A DNA stretch of 64,000 bases, from assembly GCA_002269645.1 (NCBI GenBank), contig NIVC01000200.1:310001-374000 (forward strand). Reading direction: 5' to 3'. The stretch comes from Macrostomum lignano (Eukaryota). Below are positions 1 to 11,525 of the stretch, in pieces; position 1 is the first letter of the stretch; each line of letters begins with the position of its first letter. The position numbers and the translations under genes are program-made. The notes beneath the pieces were generated by a model that saw only the letters and a program-made list of their open reading frames with translations, did not search any database and had not been told where the DNA came from.

Positions 1-736
1 CATCTCTCCTAAGCACAGCTCTCCTGAGCACATCTCTCCTGAGCACATCTCTCCTAAGCACAGCTCTCAGCCCTCATCGCCTTCTCTCTCCCCACTCATT
101 TCTCAGCCAGCAGTCTCCATTGTTACTGCAGGCCGCTCTGCACACGCGAGCTTCATCGCACAGCTGCTGGCAAAGTACACCAGACCGCAGGCTGCACACA
201 CAGAAACGGAATGAGAGGCGCAGAGACTGCAGAGCTAAGCTGAGTGCAGCAGGAGTTGCCAGCCAGACCAACTCGGTCTCCGATGCACATTTCCAACATC
301 GAATAGCTCGAAATTCGAATTTCGCACCGCTGCACAGACAAACAAAGTTAAATTAATAATTATCTGCAATCGAAAACTCACCCAGAACAGGTACCAGTGT
401 GTGCTCAGTAATTTCTCAGACTGAGCATTCTTGCAGCTGCAGAGATGCAATTCTGTGACCTGCGATACTGGCACCGATTCAAAGTGTGTGGCACACTGGC
501 TTTTGCAGAGCTCAGCACCCTTGCACTGGCAGCAGAGGATACTCAGCCCAGAATTCCTTGATCGGCACTGAACTCTCTGACTCGAAATCTGACTGCATTT
601 CGCATTTGACAGGTGAGTCGGTTTCTGTTCTCCCCCTGTTCTCCTCTGTTCTCCCTCTATTCCGACTCTTCTCCCTCTTCTTACCCTAAGGCGTTTCAAC
701 TTTTTCTGATTTCAGCTCTTCAAAGGCAATCCAACA

Positions 737-2386
737 ATGAGCCGCAAAAGCACCAGCGACAGCTCGAGTTCGGAAGCGCCTCCCGCTACCCCAACTCCTC
801 TCTGCATCATCTGCGACCAAGCTGCAGTCGGTGTGGCTCCGTTCTCCCTCTCCCACATGTGCAGTCAGCACCTCAGTGTCGATGTGGCCAATCTATTCAA
901 GCTCAAGGAGGAGGTCGATGAGCTGCTGCGTGCCTACTCACAAGAGTCGCAAGAGTCGCAAGGCGCAGCAGGTGCAGCTGGCCGTGCAGCGCTGCTGCGA
1001 CACCGACAAGACGCTGAGTCGCTGCGTCGTCTCGCTCTCGACATCCAACAGCAGCTGCAAGACGTCAATCACAAATTCGATTTGGTACAGCAACACATCG
1101 ACTCGTTTCGTAGCAGGGTGACGGGCCAGCTCTCAGGTGTGCTTGAGTCAGTCCGTGTGTGCGAGCGGGACCTCGAGGACGTCTCCAGCTACAAGCAGGA
1201 GGTGGCCACGGCCGAGGCTGCAGGCGACATGGCGGAGCTGCTTCGCCTGGTCCAGTCCATGCACGAATCGCTTGGAGACTTGGAGGCCGACTTTGAGAGG
1301 TCAGAGCGCCTGCTCAGAGACCAGCGCGACAATGAGGAGCTGCAGCTGCGGCTTCTGGGCCAGCTCGAGCGGCTGGTCGGCATTTGTGCGGGACGCAGTG
1401 AAGAGGGCGACTGGTCGAGAGACGCTGCGGTGACTGCGACATCCGAGGAGATAGACAGAGATATAGCTGCTCAGAGAGAGAGACTTTTGGAGCCGATGGT
1501 CTTCAGTCACGATGTGAAGCTGGATGACGATCCTGCATTGCTGGCTGTGTGCAGCGACACCAGCGGATTCGTTGGTAACCTCTCAGGCCGTGTGGTTCCC
1601 GCCGACTCAGCGGGAGACTGCAGCAAAACTCTGCCTCAACCCTGCATCATTGCATCATTCTATCTGAACAGAGACCACCTACTGCTGCTGTCTGTGAACG
1701 GCTCACAGAAGCTGCGGTGCCACTGCGACATCGACTGGAAGCAGTGCATCCGTGGCCTTCACTGCGACCGTCAACTGCTGTTTATTGCTCAGGATGACGC
1801 AGTGACAGTGACGGACCTGAGCGGTCGCAAGGTGCGTCGAGTCCGCCCACACATCGAGGGCTTCGGTGCCATCAGTGGAATCGGCGGCAACGCAGCCTCC
1901 GTGTTTGTGTCTAGTGGAAACAAAATTGCTGCATTCAGCAAAGCGACTTGGCAGATTGAGACGGTCATCACGCTGTCTCAGCTTCCTAATGCTAATCTGC
2001 ACAGCCTGACGACTCACGACAACTGCATTCTGGTGGCAGACTGGAAGCACAATCAGGTGCACAGAGTGTGCATCGACACCCAGCAGCTGGTCGCCTCCTT
2101 CCCGACTCAGCGTTCCGGCCTCCAACGCTTTGCTGATCTATTGGATGTGGCCGTCGACAGCAGAGGCCGCCTGTTCGTGAGTGAATGTTCGGGTTACTCA
2201 GTGCGAGCGGTGGCTGCAGACGACGGGTCGCTGCTGTGGACTCTGGGGACTCCGGGCGAGAGCGGCAGCGGAGACGGCAGATTCAGGGGTCCATGGGGTC
2301 TGGCGGTGGTGACGGGAGGTCCGCACGAGCAGCTGGTGGTGGCTGACTGTCCCGCCGACAGACTGCAGGTGTTCAGTGCATCCTAA
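737..2386 (+). CDS. TRIM-NHL-like protein copy a (degenerate B-box, coiled coil, NHL beta-propeller; no RING), intact, 549 aa
   Basis: Intronless ORF starting at ATG. N-terminal CIIC...HMCSQH, long heptad-rich region, C-terminal NHL repeats (DVAVDSRGRLFVSE; GSGDGRFRGPWGLAV...LVVAD...RLQVF). Probable 5' UTR intron 613-715 (gtgagt...tttcag). Confidence 0.8.
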   Translation: MSRKSTSDSSSSEAPPATPTPLCIICDQAAVGVAPFSLSHMCSQHLSVDVANLFKLKEEVDELLRAYSQESQESQGAAGAAGRAALLRHRQDAESLRRLALDIQQQLQDVNHKFDLVQQHIDSFRSRVTGQLSGVLESVRVCERDLEDVSSYKQEVATAEAAGDMAELLRLVQSMHESLGDLEADFERSERLLRDQRDNEELQLRLLGQLERLVGICAGRSEEGDWSRDAAVTATSEEIDRDIAAQRERLLEPMVFSHDVKLDDDPALLAVCSDTSGFVGNLSGRVVPADSAGDCSKTLPQPCIIASFYLNRDHLLLLSVNGSQKLRCHCDIDWKQCIRGLHCDRQLLFIAQDDAVTVTDLSGRKVRRVRPHIEGFGAISGIGGNAASVFVSSGNKIAAFSKATWQIETVITLSQLPNANLHSLTTHDNCILVADWKHNQVHRVCIDTQQLVASFPTQRSGLQRFADLLDVAVDSRGRLFVSECSGYSVRAVAADDGSLLWTLGTPGESGSGDGRFRGPWGLAVVTGGPHEQLVVADCPADRLQVFSAS

Positions 2387-3657
2387 AATTATTCACAGGC
2401 CAAATAATAATAATCGATTTTTGGGGTTTCTGGAGTAATTGATTTGTTGGATACTGGGTATTTTTGATTGTGTTTATTGAAACAAATTTAAACTTGGATA
2501 ACCTTTTTGTCTAATAACTGTTTATTATGTCCATTATATTCAGAATAAATATTTATTGAATAGAAGCACATTTACCATTACGTATGTACTAATAAAAATA
2601 AACGTTGGCCCTCAACACTTCTCTCACGGTCTTTTTTTTTCTTGAAGTTTCAGCAGCAGAAATTGGTACCTGATTGTTAAATTGAATTTCAGCAAAAATG
2701 GCATGCAGTTTGCTAAAATTCTCCTCACTCGCTGCAGACTCAGCGCTCGCTTCTGTGTTGCATTTTCCTCAATGGTTTCCTGCTTTGCCTTTTATAGCAT
2801 GGCATAGGTAGCTTTAGCCATGGTAATAAATATTTGACTAGCTTTCAACCTGAGACTGCAGCAGTAGGCGTTCTACCCGTCTGGCTCCTGCTACGAGACC
2901 GGCTTTCCAGCTTCTGTTTTGTGGTGAGGGTGTGAGGCTTTTGTATTTTTCACGCAACCACCCTGGGCGGCTTGTCTCGTACGATAAATAGACGAACGCG
3001 AATACAACTTTTACTGTGCTGTTTATTCTGTAGGCTCTTGGGCTGAGCTCTTCTATATAGAATACTGCAGTGCTGGCTTCTTTCTTGACTTTGTCTTATG
3101 AGGGAATGTCACATGGTTTAACAGTGAATAGGTTTTACATGAAAAAGTTCCACAGTGAATGGGGATCTGAGCAGTTAATATAATGATGGAGATGGACACC
3201 TAAGCAAGATGTCGGTTTTGACCCTCGCACGGAGGTCAAGGGTGAGTCGAACACGGGCCAGTTGTGAGAAATGGATTAAAATCAGCTACGGCATGACACG
3301 CGAACAACGGGCGGCCTTGACCTGTCCTTGACCGGCGTCGCCAAACCAGCAAATGACGTCACCTGCTTAGCAGCGCTGTGATTGGCTAGAAAAATGTGGA
3401 GGGGTTGGGAAACAAGTCACGTGATTATTGATGGGAATAGGTTACGGAGATCGGGGTAAACAATGCTGATCTAAAGGTCAGGGTGGGGTGGGTGTACGTG
3501 ATGAGTGATTGATGATTCATCGGGAAAAGGGGCTTGGGATCCCTGAGTTGGGACCATGCAGGGTCGCGTCTACAATTGGGGCTCTTTAACAGTGAAAATG
3601 AATGAGTGGCTGCCAAAACCGCTGCTGCATCAGAAGCTGAGGGACTTTAACTGACTT

Positions 3658-3925
3658 CATGCTGTATAGCGACTGTGGCATGATTGCCAATCACACATGC
3701 TGCATAGCGACTGTGGCATGATTGCCAATCACACATGCTGCATAGCGACTGTGGCATGATTGCCAATCACACATGCTGCATAGCGACTGTGGCATGATTG
3801 CCAATCACACATGCTGCATAGCGACTGTGGCATGATTGCCAATCAGACATGCTGCATAGCGACTGCGGCGTGATTGCCAATCACACATGCTGCATAGCGA
3901 CTGCGGCGTGATTGCCAATAAGACA
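3658..3925. repeat. 38-bp tandem repeat, ~7 copies (~8 copies at 15833-16138)
   Basis: catgctgcatagcgactgtggcatgattgccaatcaca, head to tail with no spacers. Confidence 0.9.
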
Positions 3926-4047
3926 TGACAGCAGCTGATTGATCGAATCGCGGGAGTAGAGGCGAAGTCAGAATTTTTCATTTGGTTGGGATGCCAGATT
4001 TTGTCTGTTAAGAGCTGGATTGGTACAAAACAATATACATAAAAATA

Positions 4048-4250
4048 TATCGCCAGTGCATTTAGTGTGTTCGCTAGAAATGGGATTTTTCTCCACTAAA
4101 TTTGTCTGCCGTGAGTTGGCTGCAGAAGAAGACCTTCAAACCTTCGAACATTGCGGCGTCACGTCTTCCACCGCATCCTGGGCGATCCTGCGAGCACTTT
4201 AAAGCATTGAAACACCGTTTCTCCTGAGCATGCTAAATGCACTGGCGATA
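4048..4250. mobile_element. MITE-like element, 203 bp (second copy 16261-16463)
   Basis: 18-bp perfect inverted repeat tatcgccagtgcatttag; the outer TA could be a Tc1/mariner-type TSD. Confidence 0.5.
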
Positions 4251-4847
4251 CGGCAGATCTACGTTTCTACAGCGGGCTTAATCGGCTTGGCTGTCGCTCA
4301 TGCTGCATCAGAGTGCAGCTTCCTCTCCCATTCCAGTGCAGACTTAAAGCCGGCGGGACATACAGCAGAACAGCGATACAGTGCAGTCAGTAGCAGAGCC
4401 AGTGTACAGCCCGTACCGCAATATGAATGGAAAGTACTGAACAGGGCGGCTCTCTGCCCGCTGAGTACAGCAAACTGGAGATAAAGAATCTGCGATGCTC
4501 AATGCCTGCACAGGGCAGACAGACTGGGAGAGAGGAGCTGCATTGTCATTGCGACAGGCTGCTCAGCTCCCCACTATGACCACCTGAGCAGCTTTGGCTG
4601 ATTTGAATTTTGAATCATTATAAAAAACATTTTCTCTAAAATAATCAATAAAAACAAAATTCAACCTCGTCTGACAGCTTTTACTCTACGTAATTTAATT
4701 TAATATTAACATCAAGTTGACATCAAAACAACTGCGCAACCGTTTCCTTGGAAGAGGGCACCGATTGAAGCAGATCTGACTGTGTTTCGCTTTGTGGAAA
4801 CTCTGCATTGAAAAGAATTTTCTAAATAGAAAACTCCCTGACAAACA

Positions 4848-6510
4848 ATGAGTCTTGGAGACTCCAGCGACAGCTCGAGTTCGGACGCGCCTCCCGCTTC
4901 CCCAACTCCTCTCTGCATCATCTGCGACCAAGCTGCAGTCGGTGTGGCTCCGTTCTCCCGCTGCCACATGTGCAGTCAACACCTCAGTGTCGATGTGGCC
5001 AATCTATTCAAGCTCAAGGAGGAGGTCGATGAGCTGCTGCGTGCCTACTCACAAGAGTCACAAGAGTCACAAGACTCACAATGCGCAGCAGATGCAGCTG
5101 GTCGTGCAGCGCTGCTGCGACACCGACAAGACGCTGAGTCGCTGCGTCGTCTCGCTCTCGACATCCAACAGCAGCTGCAAGAGGTCAATCACAAATTCGA
5201 TTTGGTACAGCAACACATCGACTCGTTTCGTAGCAGGGTGACGGGCCAGCTCTCAGGTGTGCTTGAGGCAGTGCGTGTGTGCGAGCGGGACCTCGAGGAC
5301 GTCTCCAGCTACAAGCAGGAGGTGGCCACGGCGGAGGCTGCAGGCGACATGGCGGAGCTGCTTCGCCTGGTCCAGTCATGCACGAATCGCTTGGAGACTT
5401 GGAGGCCGACTTTGAGAGGTCAGAGCGCCTGCTCAGAGACCAGAGCGACAATGAGGAGCTGCAGCTGCGGCTTCTGGGCCAGCTCGAGCGGCTGGTCGGC
5501 ATTTGTGCGGGACGCAGCGAAGATCAGGGTGACTGGTTGAGAGACGCTTCGGTGACCGCGACATCCGAGGAGATTGATGCTGCTAAGAAAAAGAGAATGT
5601 TGGAGCCGATGATCTTCAGTCATGAGGTGAAGCTGGATGACCGTATTGCATGGCTGGCTGTGTGCAGCGACACCAGCGGATTCGTTGGTGACCGCTCAGG
5701 CCGTGTGGTTCCCGCCGATAATGAAGGAGACGGCAGTGAGGCTCTGCCTCAGCCATGCGTCATTGCATCATTCCTTAGGAATAAAGACCACCTACTGGTG
5801 CTGTCTGTGTGCTGTCTGTGGACGGCTCACAGAAGCTGCGGTGCCACTGCGACATCGACTGGGAGAAGGTCATCCGTGGCCTTCACTGCGACCGTCAGCT
5901 GCTGTTCATTGCTCAGCCTGGCGCAGTTACAGTGACGGACCTGAGCGGTCGCACGGTGCGTCGAGTCCGCCCACACATCGAGAGCTTCAGTGACATCAGG
6001 GGAATCGGCGGCAACGCAGCCTCCGTGTTTGTGTCCAGTGGAAACAAAATTGCTGCATTCAGCAAAGCGACTTGGCAGATGGAGACGGTCATCACGCTGT
6101 CTCAGCTTCCTCGTGCTGATCTGGGCAACCTGGCGACTCTCGACAACTGCATTCTGGTGACAGACTTGGAGAATGATCAGGTGCACAGAGTGCGCATCGA
6201 CACCCAGCAGCTGGTCGCCTCCTTTCCGACTCAGCGTTCCGGCCTCCAACAGTTTGTTTGGCCATATGATGTGGCCGTCAACAGCAGAGGCCGCCTGTTC
6301 GTGAGTGAATGGTTGGGTCACTCAGTGCGAGCGGTGGCTGCAGACGACGAGTCGCTGTTGTTGACTCTGGGGACTCCGGGCAAGAGCGGCAGCGGAGACG
6401 GCAGATTCCAGTATCCACTGGGTCTGGCGGTGGTGACGGGAGGTCCGCGCGAGCAGCTGGTGGTGGCTGACAGAAACAACAGGAGATTGCAGGTGTTCAG
6501 TCCACCCTAA
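4848..6510 (+). pseudogene. TRIM-NHL-like copy b, two frameshifts
   Basis: Paralogue of 737-2386 split over three frames (4848, 5279, 5809). A 1-nt loss (cagtcatgc vs cagtccatgc, ~5377) and an 11-nt tandem duplication of gtgctgtctgt (~5797-5818). Confidence 0.75.
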
Positions 6511-6734
6511 TTTTGTTCACAGGCGGATTAATAATCGAACTTTGCGGCTTCTGGAGTGATTGATTTATTGGAGGCCGGGTTTTTTGTCGAATTTCTCTTA
6601 TTATGGAATTTAATATGTTAAGACCTTTTTGTACATGTACTTATACATGTATTAAGTAATTATAACAAAATTACGTTGGCGCTAAACAATTCTCTCATTG
6701 TGTGTCGTTTTCCGACTGACTGTCTCCTATTCTA

Positions 6735-7015
6735 GCATTAAGCAGCATCAGCGTCCTTGTCTCTCATCAGCTCCATCAACACCCAGTCTCTCTCATCAGC
6801 TCCATCAACACCCAGTCTCTCATCAGCACCATCAACACCCAGTCTCTCATCAGCTCCATCAACACCCAGTCTCTCATCAGCTCCATCAACACCCAGTCTC
6901 TCATCAGCTCCATCAACACCCAGTCTCTCATCAGCTCCATCAACACCCAGTCTCTCACCAGCTCCATCAACACCCAGTCTTCCATCAGCTCCATCAACAC
7001 TCAGTCTCCATCTGC
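6735..7015. repeat. 27-bp minisatellite (longer copy at 19445-19940)
   Basis: tctcatcagctccatcaacacccagtc units. Confidence 0.9.
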
Positions 7016-7410
7016 CCAGAATTCATCCCCATTGAGTTCAAAGTCAAAAACAAGTAGAGAAAACAATTTTTACATTTTTGATTGACAATATTTGAGTAAT
7101 CAGATTTACTAGTAAAATATTTCTGAGTGGGATAAAGCGGATTTATTTTGATTATTCGAAATTCAGATTAAAGTTCGACTTTGTCACCAACAACTTGAAG
7201 GTGAATTGCAGAAAGGCAGGTATAAAATGATCAGTTTTAAGGCAAAGACAGTCACTGATTTGGTGCAGTGCGGTACATCAGAATTCGCTAACAGCTGAGG
7301 GCGCAATTTCAAAGGGCGGTGCAGCACAGAAGAGCAGAGAGGAGGACTGACGGCTGCAGTCACTGCCGCTGTGGGCTGTCAAATTTATGAGCTGCAGCTG
7401 AGCATCCTTG

Positions 7411-8285
7411 TCAGTCCACCTTGGCGATCTCCACCATCCTGCCGGCATTGAGGATTTCAATCCAGTAGCCGTCAGGGTCCAGAATGAAGGCGAGGCCCTT
7501 CATCTTGCCGTCGTCCGGCTTCTTGGCGAACTTCACGCCGAGTCGCTCGAAACGCCTGCAGGCCTCGGCGACATCCGGGACGCTGATGCCGATGTGGCCG
7601 AAGCCGCGGGGGTCCGAGTTGCCGTTGTGGTAGGCCTGGCAATGGGATTAGTGTGGGATGGCAATGGGATTAGTGTGGGATGGCAATGGGACTGGTGTGG
7701 GACGGCAATGGGATTGGTGTGGGATGGCAATGGGATTGGTGTGGGATGGCAATGGGATTGGGACATTGGGACTCAGCAGTCCAGACACTGGGACTCAGCA
7801 GTCCAGACAATGGGACTCAGCAGACCAGACACTGGGACTCAGCAGTCCAGACACTGGGATTCAGCAGTCCAGACACTGGGATTCAGCAGTCCAGACACTG
7901 GGACTCAGCAGTCCAGACATTGGGACTCAGCAGTCCAGACACTGGGATTCAGCAGTCCATGAACACACACCTGGTCAGGGTCAGACTCTGTCCCATAGTT
8001 GTGCGTCAGCTCCACAGTCCCCGGCAGCCTGAACAGGTAGGCGATGCGCTCCGTGTCGCCCTTAGGAATGCTGGCCTCCTCAGCGTAGCCCATGAAGTAC
8101 AGCGAGAACGCCATGCTGGGGAAGTCGAACTTGCCGAGCAGCCGCATCCCCAGCACTGAGGAATAAAAGTCCAGCGACCGGCGAGGGTCCTTGACTCGCA
8201 GCATCGTCTGCTGCATGATGAAGCCGCTGGTCTCGGGCGGTGGCGGCTTGCACAGAGCGGCGAGCTCAGATTTTGATAGGGCCAT
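7411..8285 (-). CDS. GLO1: Lactoylglutathione lyase (glyoxalase I), copy 1; exons 8285-7971 and 7635-7411; 179 aa
   Basis: [44 protein letters not shown] and DPDGYWIEI match glyoxalase I. GT-AG phase-0 intron joins DQ|AYHNG. Confidence 0.93.
7637..7959. repeat. Two abutting 22-bp minisatellites filling the GLO1 intron (expanded at 20556-21494)
   Basis: gggattggtgtgggatggcaat array followed by gggactcagcagtccagacact array. Confidence 0.92.
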
Positions 8286-8344
8286 GATTGATTGACAGGT
8301 GACAGCTGGTTGCCAGGTGGGGGATTGGGGTTGGGATTGGAGTG

Positions 8345-8688
8345 CTGAATGTGACTGATTGGCATCTGAATATGGCACTGACTGACACTTGAATATGGCA
8401 CTGATTGACACCTGAATATGACAATGATTGACACCTGAATATGGCACTGATTGACACCTGAATATGGCACTGACTGACACCTGAATATGGCACTGATTGA
8501 CACCTGAATATGGCACTGATTGACACCTGAATATTGCACTGACTGACACCTGAATATGGCACTGATTGACACCTGAATATGGCACTGATTGACACCTGAA
8601 TATGGCACTGATTGACACCTGAATATGGCACTGATTGACACCTGAATATGGCACTGATTGACACCTGAATATAGCACTGACTGACACT
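8345..8688. repeat. 23-bp minisatellite upstream of GLO1 (also 21882-22245)
   Basis: ctgaatatggcactgattgacac units. Confidence 0.92.
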
Positions 8689-9606
8689 AATTATGCTAAC
8701 AATTATCAAATAAATTGAACACTCAAGGCTTCAGTTTCGCAGTCGCACTGAAGCAAGGAAAATCTTCCCCCAAGCTGCAGTTGCTGCCCAGATGCAGCCA
8801 CAGCTCGCATGCCAATTTGTATTCAGACTCACCGGCACTGCAGCAATGCGATGGCCGATTGGCTATAATTGACAGGCAACAGAAATCATGCACTGGTATT
8901 GCTCAGCTTTTGACAGAATGCATGAAAATTACAGTAAGGAAAACGCTACTGACTACTAACAGTGGTAGGGAAGTGACACACCAGCTTAGAAACCTACCGC
9001 AAATTAAAGTACATTCGGAGACTAAATGATGAGAACAATATCAATATGAAAACTTAAACTAATGCAAAGGGACTGGGGTATTCAACAACAGACATGCATA
9101 TTGAGAACAACTGAAGGTCAATTATTCAAGCCTCTTAGTTGAAAAGTTGCTACTGTTAGTAACAAAACAGTAGCAAAGTACATAATGTACTTATAGATGA
9201 TAACTTTGACTGACTTACAAAAATCATAACAGCATTTGTGGCTGATGGGTTAAGCTGCAGATACAGGAGGATGTGCTTGAAATATTTAATGACTTATGAG
9301 CTGTTAAAATGCACTGAATCTTTATTAAGCATTCGGGACTGAGTGACATGAATATTAGGGTTTCTGAGGCTAAGATTAGTCTATCAGATGATCCACAATC
9401 TGGTCACACATCTATCAGATTATCCTCAATCTGGTCACAGATCTATCAGATGATCCACAATCTGGTCACAGATCTATCAGATGATCCTCAATCTGGTCAT
9501 AGATCTATCAGATTATCCACAATCTGGTCACACATCTATCAGATGATCTACCAGCCAATATCCAACAGAAACTGGGCCACAGCAGTCCCCACTGCACCCC
9601 ACAAGA

Positions 9607-11079
9607 TCACCAGTTTTCGTGACCGCCGCTGCCGCCACCGCGCGGAAAGCCGCCGTACCGAGCGAGTCTGGGGTCCGCGCCGCTGGGCTGGCGGGACTGC
9701 GGCTGAGGCTGCGGCTGCTGCTGGGCTGGCAAAGTGGGCAGCGGAGGCAGAGACGGACCGCCGCCACCTCCAGCACCTCCCGCACCTGCGCCACTTCCGC
9801 CACCCCGCTGCCGCCGAAGAGCGAGTCGAGAGCCTTCTGAATCTGGCCAATATTTGGCTGGGGAGGCTGCTGCTTGGACTGATGAGGCTGAGGCTGCTGG
9901 CCAGCCGCACCAGCCGCTGCCGGATTCAATAAGCTGAGAATTTTTGCCTGCAAGTCGGCTTGCTGCTGCAGAATGCTGGCTGCTGCGGCTGCTGGGGCTG
10001 CCGGCTGCTTCTGCTGCTCTGGCGTTCTCTGAGGCGCCTGATGGTGGGGCTGATGAGGATGCTGAGGCTGCTGAGGATGCTGAGGATGCTGGCTTTGATG
10101 AGGCGGAATATTGGGATTGGAACGATTATGCTGCAGCATCGTTATTGGATGAAGCTGAGCCGGCTGGTGCTGATGTTGCTGGTGCTCATGATGCTGTGGT
10201 GGATTCTGAGGAAGCTGGCCAATGGACTGGTTTGACGCAAAGGAAACTGGAGCACCCGATTGATGATGGCTGGAGTCTGGAATGTAATGTTGGAAAGCGG
10301 ATTTGAGACCATGCTCAAGGGGATGGTGGATTTGAGATTACTTTCAAGGATGGCGAATTTGATTTGCGAAGTTCAAAAACTTTCACAGGCAGCTCATTAC
10401 CCTTCGTGAGCAGCCCATGTCGGTGAGCTAAGCACCCAACTTACAGCTCTTATCCTTCACGGAGCCGGCAGAAGCCCCGCCAGCCGCTCCCGCCTGGCCG
10501 CAATGAACTCGGCCAGCTCGTCCAGCTCCCGGCCGCTGAGCATCCGATGATCGGCCAGCAGGTGCAGCAGGTGCATCAGAGAGAAGCCGGAGGCGGCAGC
10601 TCGCGAAGGTCGCGAAGCACCGTCTCGAAATGACGGCCCAGCATGGACTGGGCGTCGTCTATGGGCATGTTGCGGTGCTCTGCGGGGGGTGGCGAGTCTT
10701 CGAGATGGCAGCTAAATGTCGGGACTCTCTGGCTCTTCCCGCAGTCTGTCTGTCTCTTCCCGCTGTCTACCTGTCTCTTTTTCTTTTATCTACCTGTCTC
10801 TTTTACTCTTTATCTTCTAATTCTCTCTTTACGTCTCAATTGGACTACTACTAGTAACACCCATCTCTAGACTCACCAAAGGGCTGCTGGCCATAGAAGA
10901 TTCTAACAGTACACGATTGGTGCATCTCATTCTGCCGATTCAACAGCACAGCGTAGAGCACGCCAGTCCTGGCCAGATCCTCCATAGCCAACGGCATTAG
11001 CGATTCGTGTTTGAGCACGATTAGATTAGTGCTCAGGGAGAGCCGGTTTAACCGGCGTTCGACACTTTCAGCATAGGGC
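9607..11079 (-). pseudogene. NCOA5: NCOA5 partial duplicate: exons 2-4 only, frameshifted
   Basis: Exon 2 (11079-10877) is intact. Exon 3 (10679-10445) is 59 nt shorter than in the intact copy and gives an early TGA. Exon 4 has a 1-nt loss in the Gly-rich tail. No exon 1 before unit B begins. Confidence 0.8.
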
Positions 11080-11190
11080 CTGCTGCGTGGTGTTGAATGA
11101 AAACTTTCTTAGCATTTGCATGTATTAAATTAGTTTCATGGATCAGCTGGAGGGGATAGACTAGCTCAAAAGTCACGCGTCCAGCTGGGA

Positions 11191-11525
11191 GAAGCTGTAG
11201 ACCAGTGGTCTGGCGCGGCGCTCTGATGTTTCACCGGCCCAGGCTCGATTCCAAGAGCAGTCACATTAATTCGGGGCTAAATTAGAATCTCGAATCGGTC
11301 CTGCTCGTGCAATTAACGCGTTTGAGGGCCAACCCTAAGGAACAGTGAAGTGTACATGCCTAACGATCAATACAGTTAGGGCTGCTGTGCACTCCTGAGA
11401 GTGTGTGCCTGTGCTTATGACTGCGTTCGCCTCCACGCGCTCGCTTGTGTGCCTCCTACTCAGGGGAGTCAGCGGCGTTAGCAGTCGTACTTAAAACTAA
11501 ACAGACTGCCGATATGTATCGTAAT
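11191..11525 (+). mobile_element. tRNA-derived SINE, copy 1
   Basis: A-box-like tagaccagtgg and B-box-like ggctcgattcc; body shared with the copies at 25922 and 63730. Confidence 0.7.

Noticed and set aside
3658-3925. 38-bp repeats of CRISPR-like length
   Set aside because: Head to tail with no unique spacers, no cas genes, eukaryotic context.
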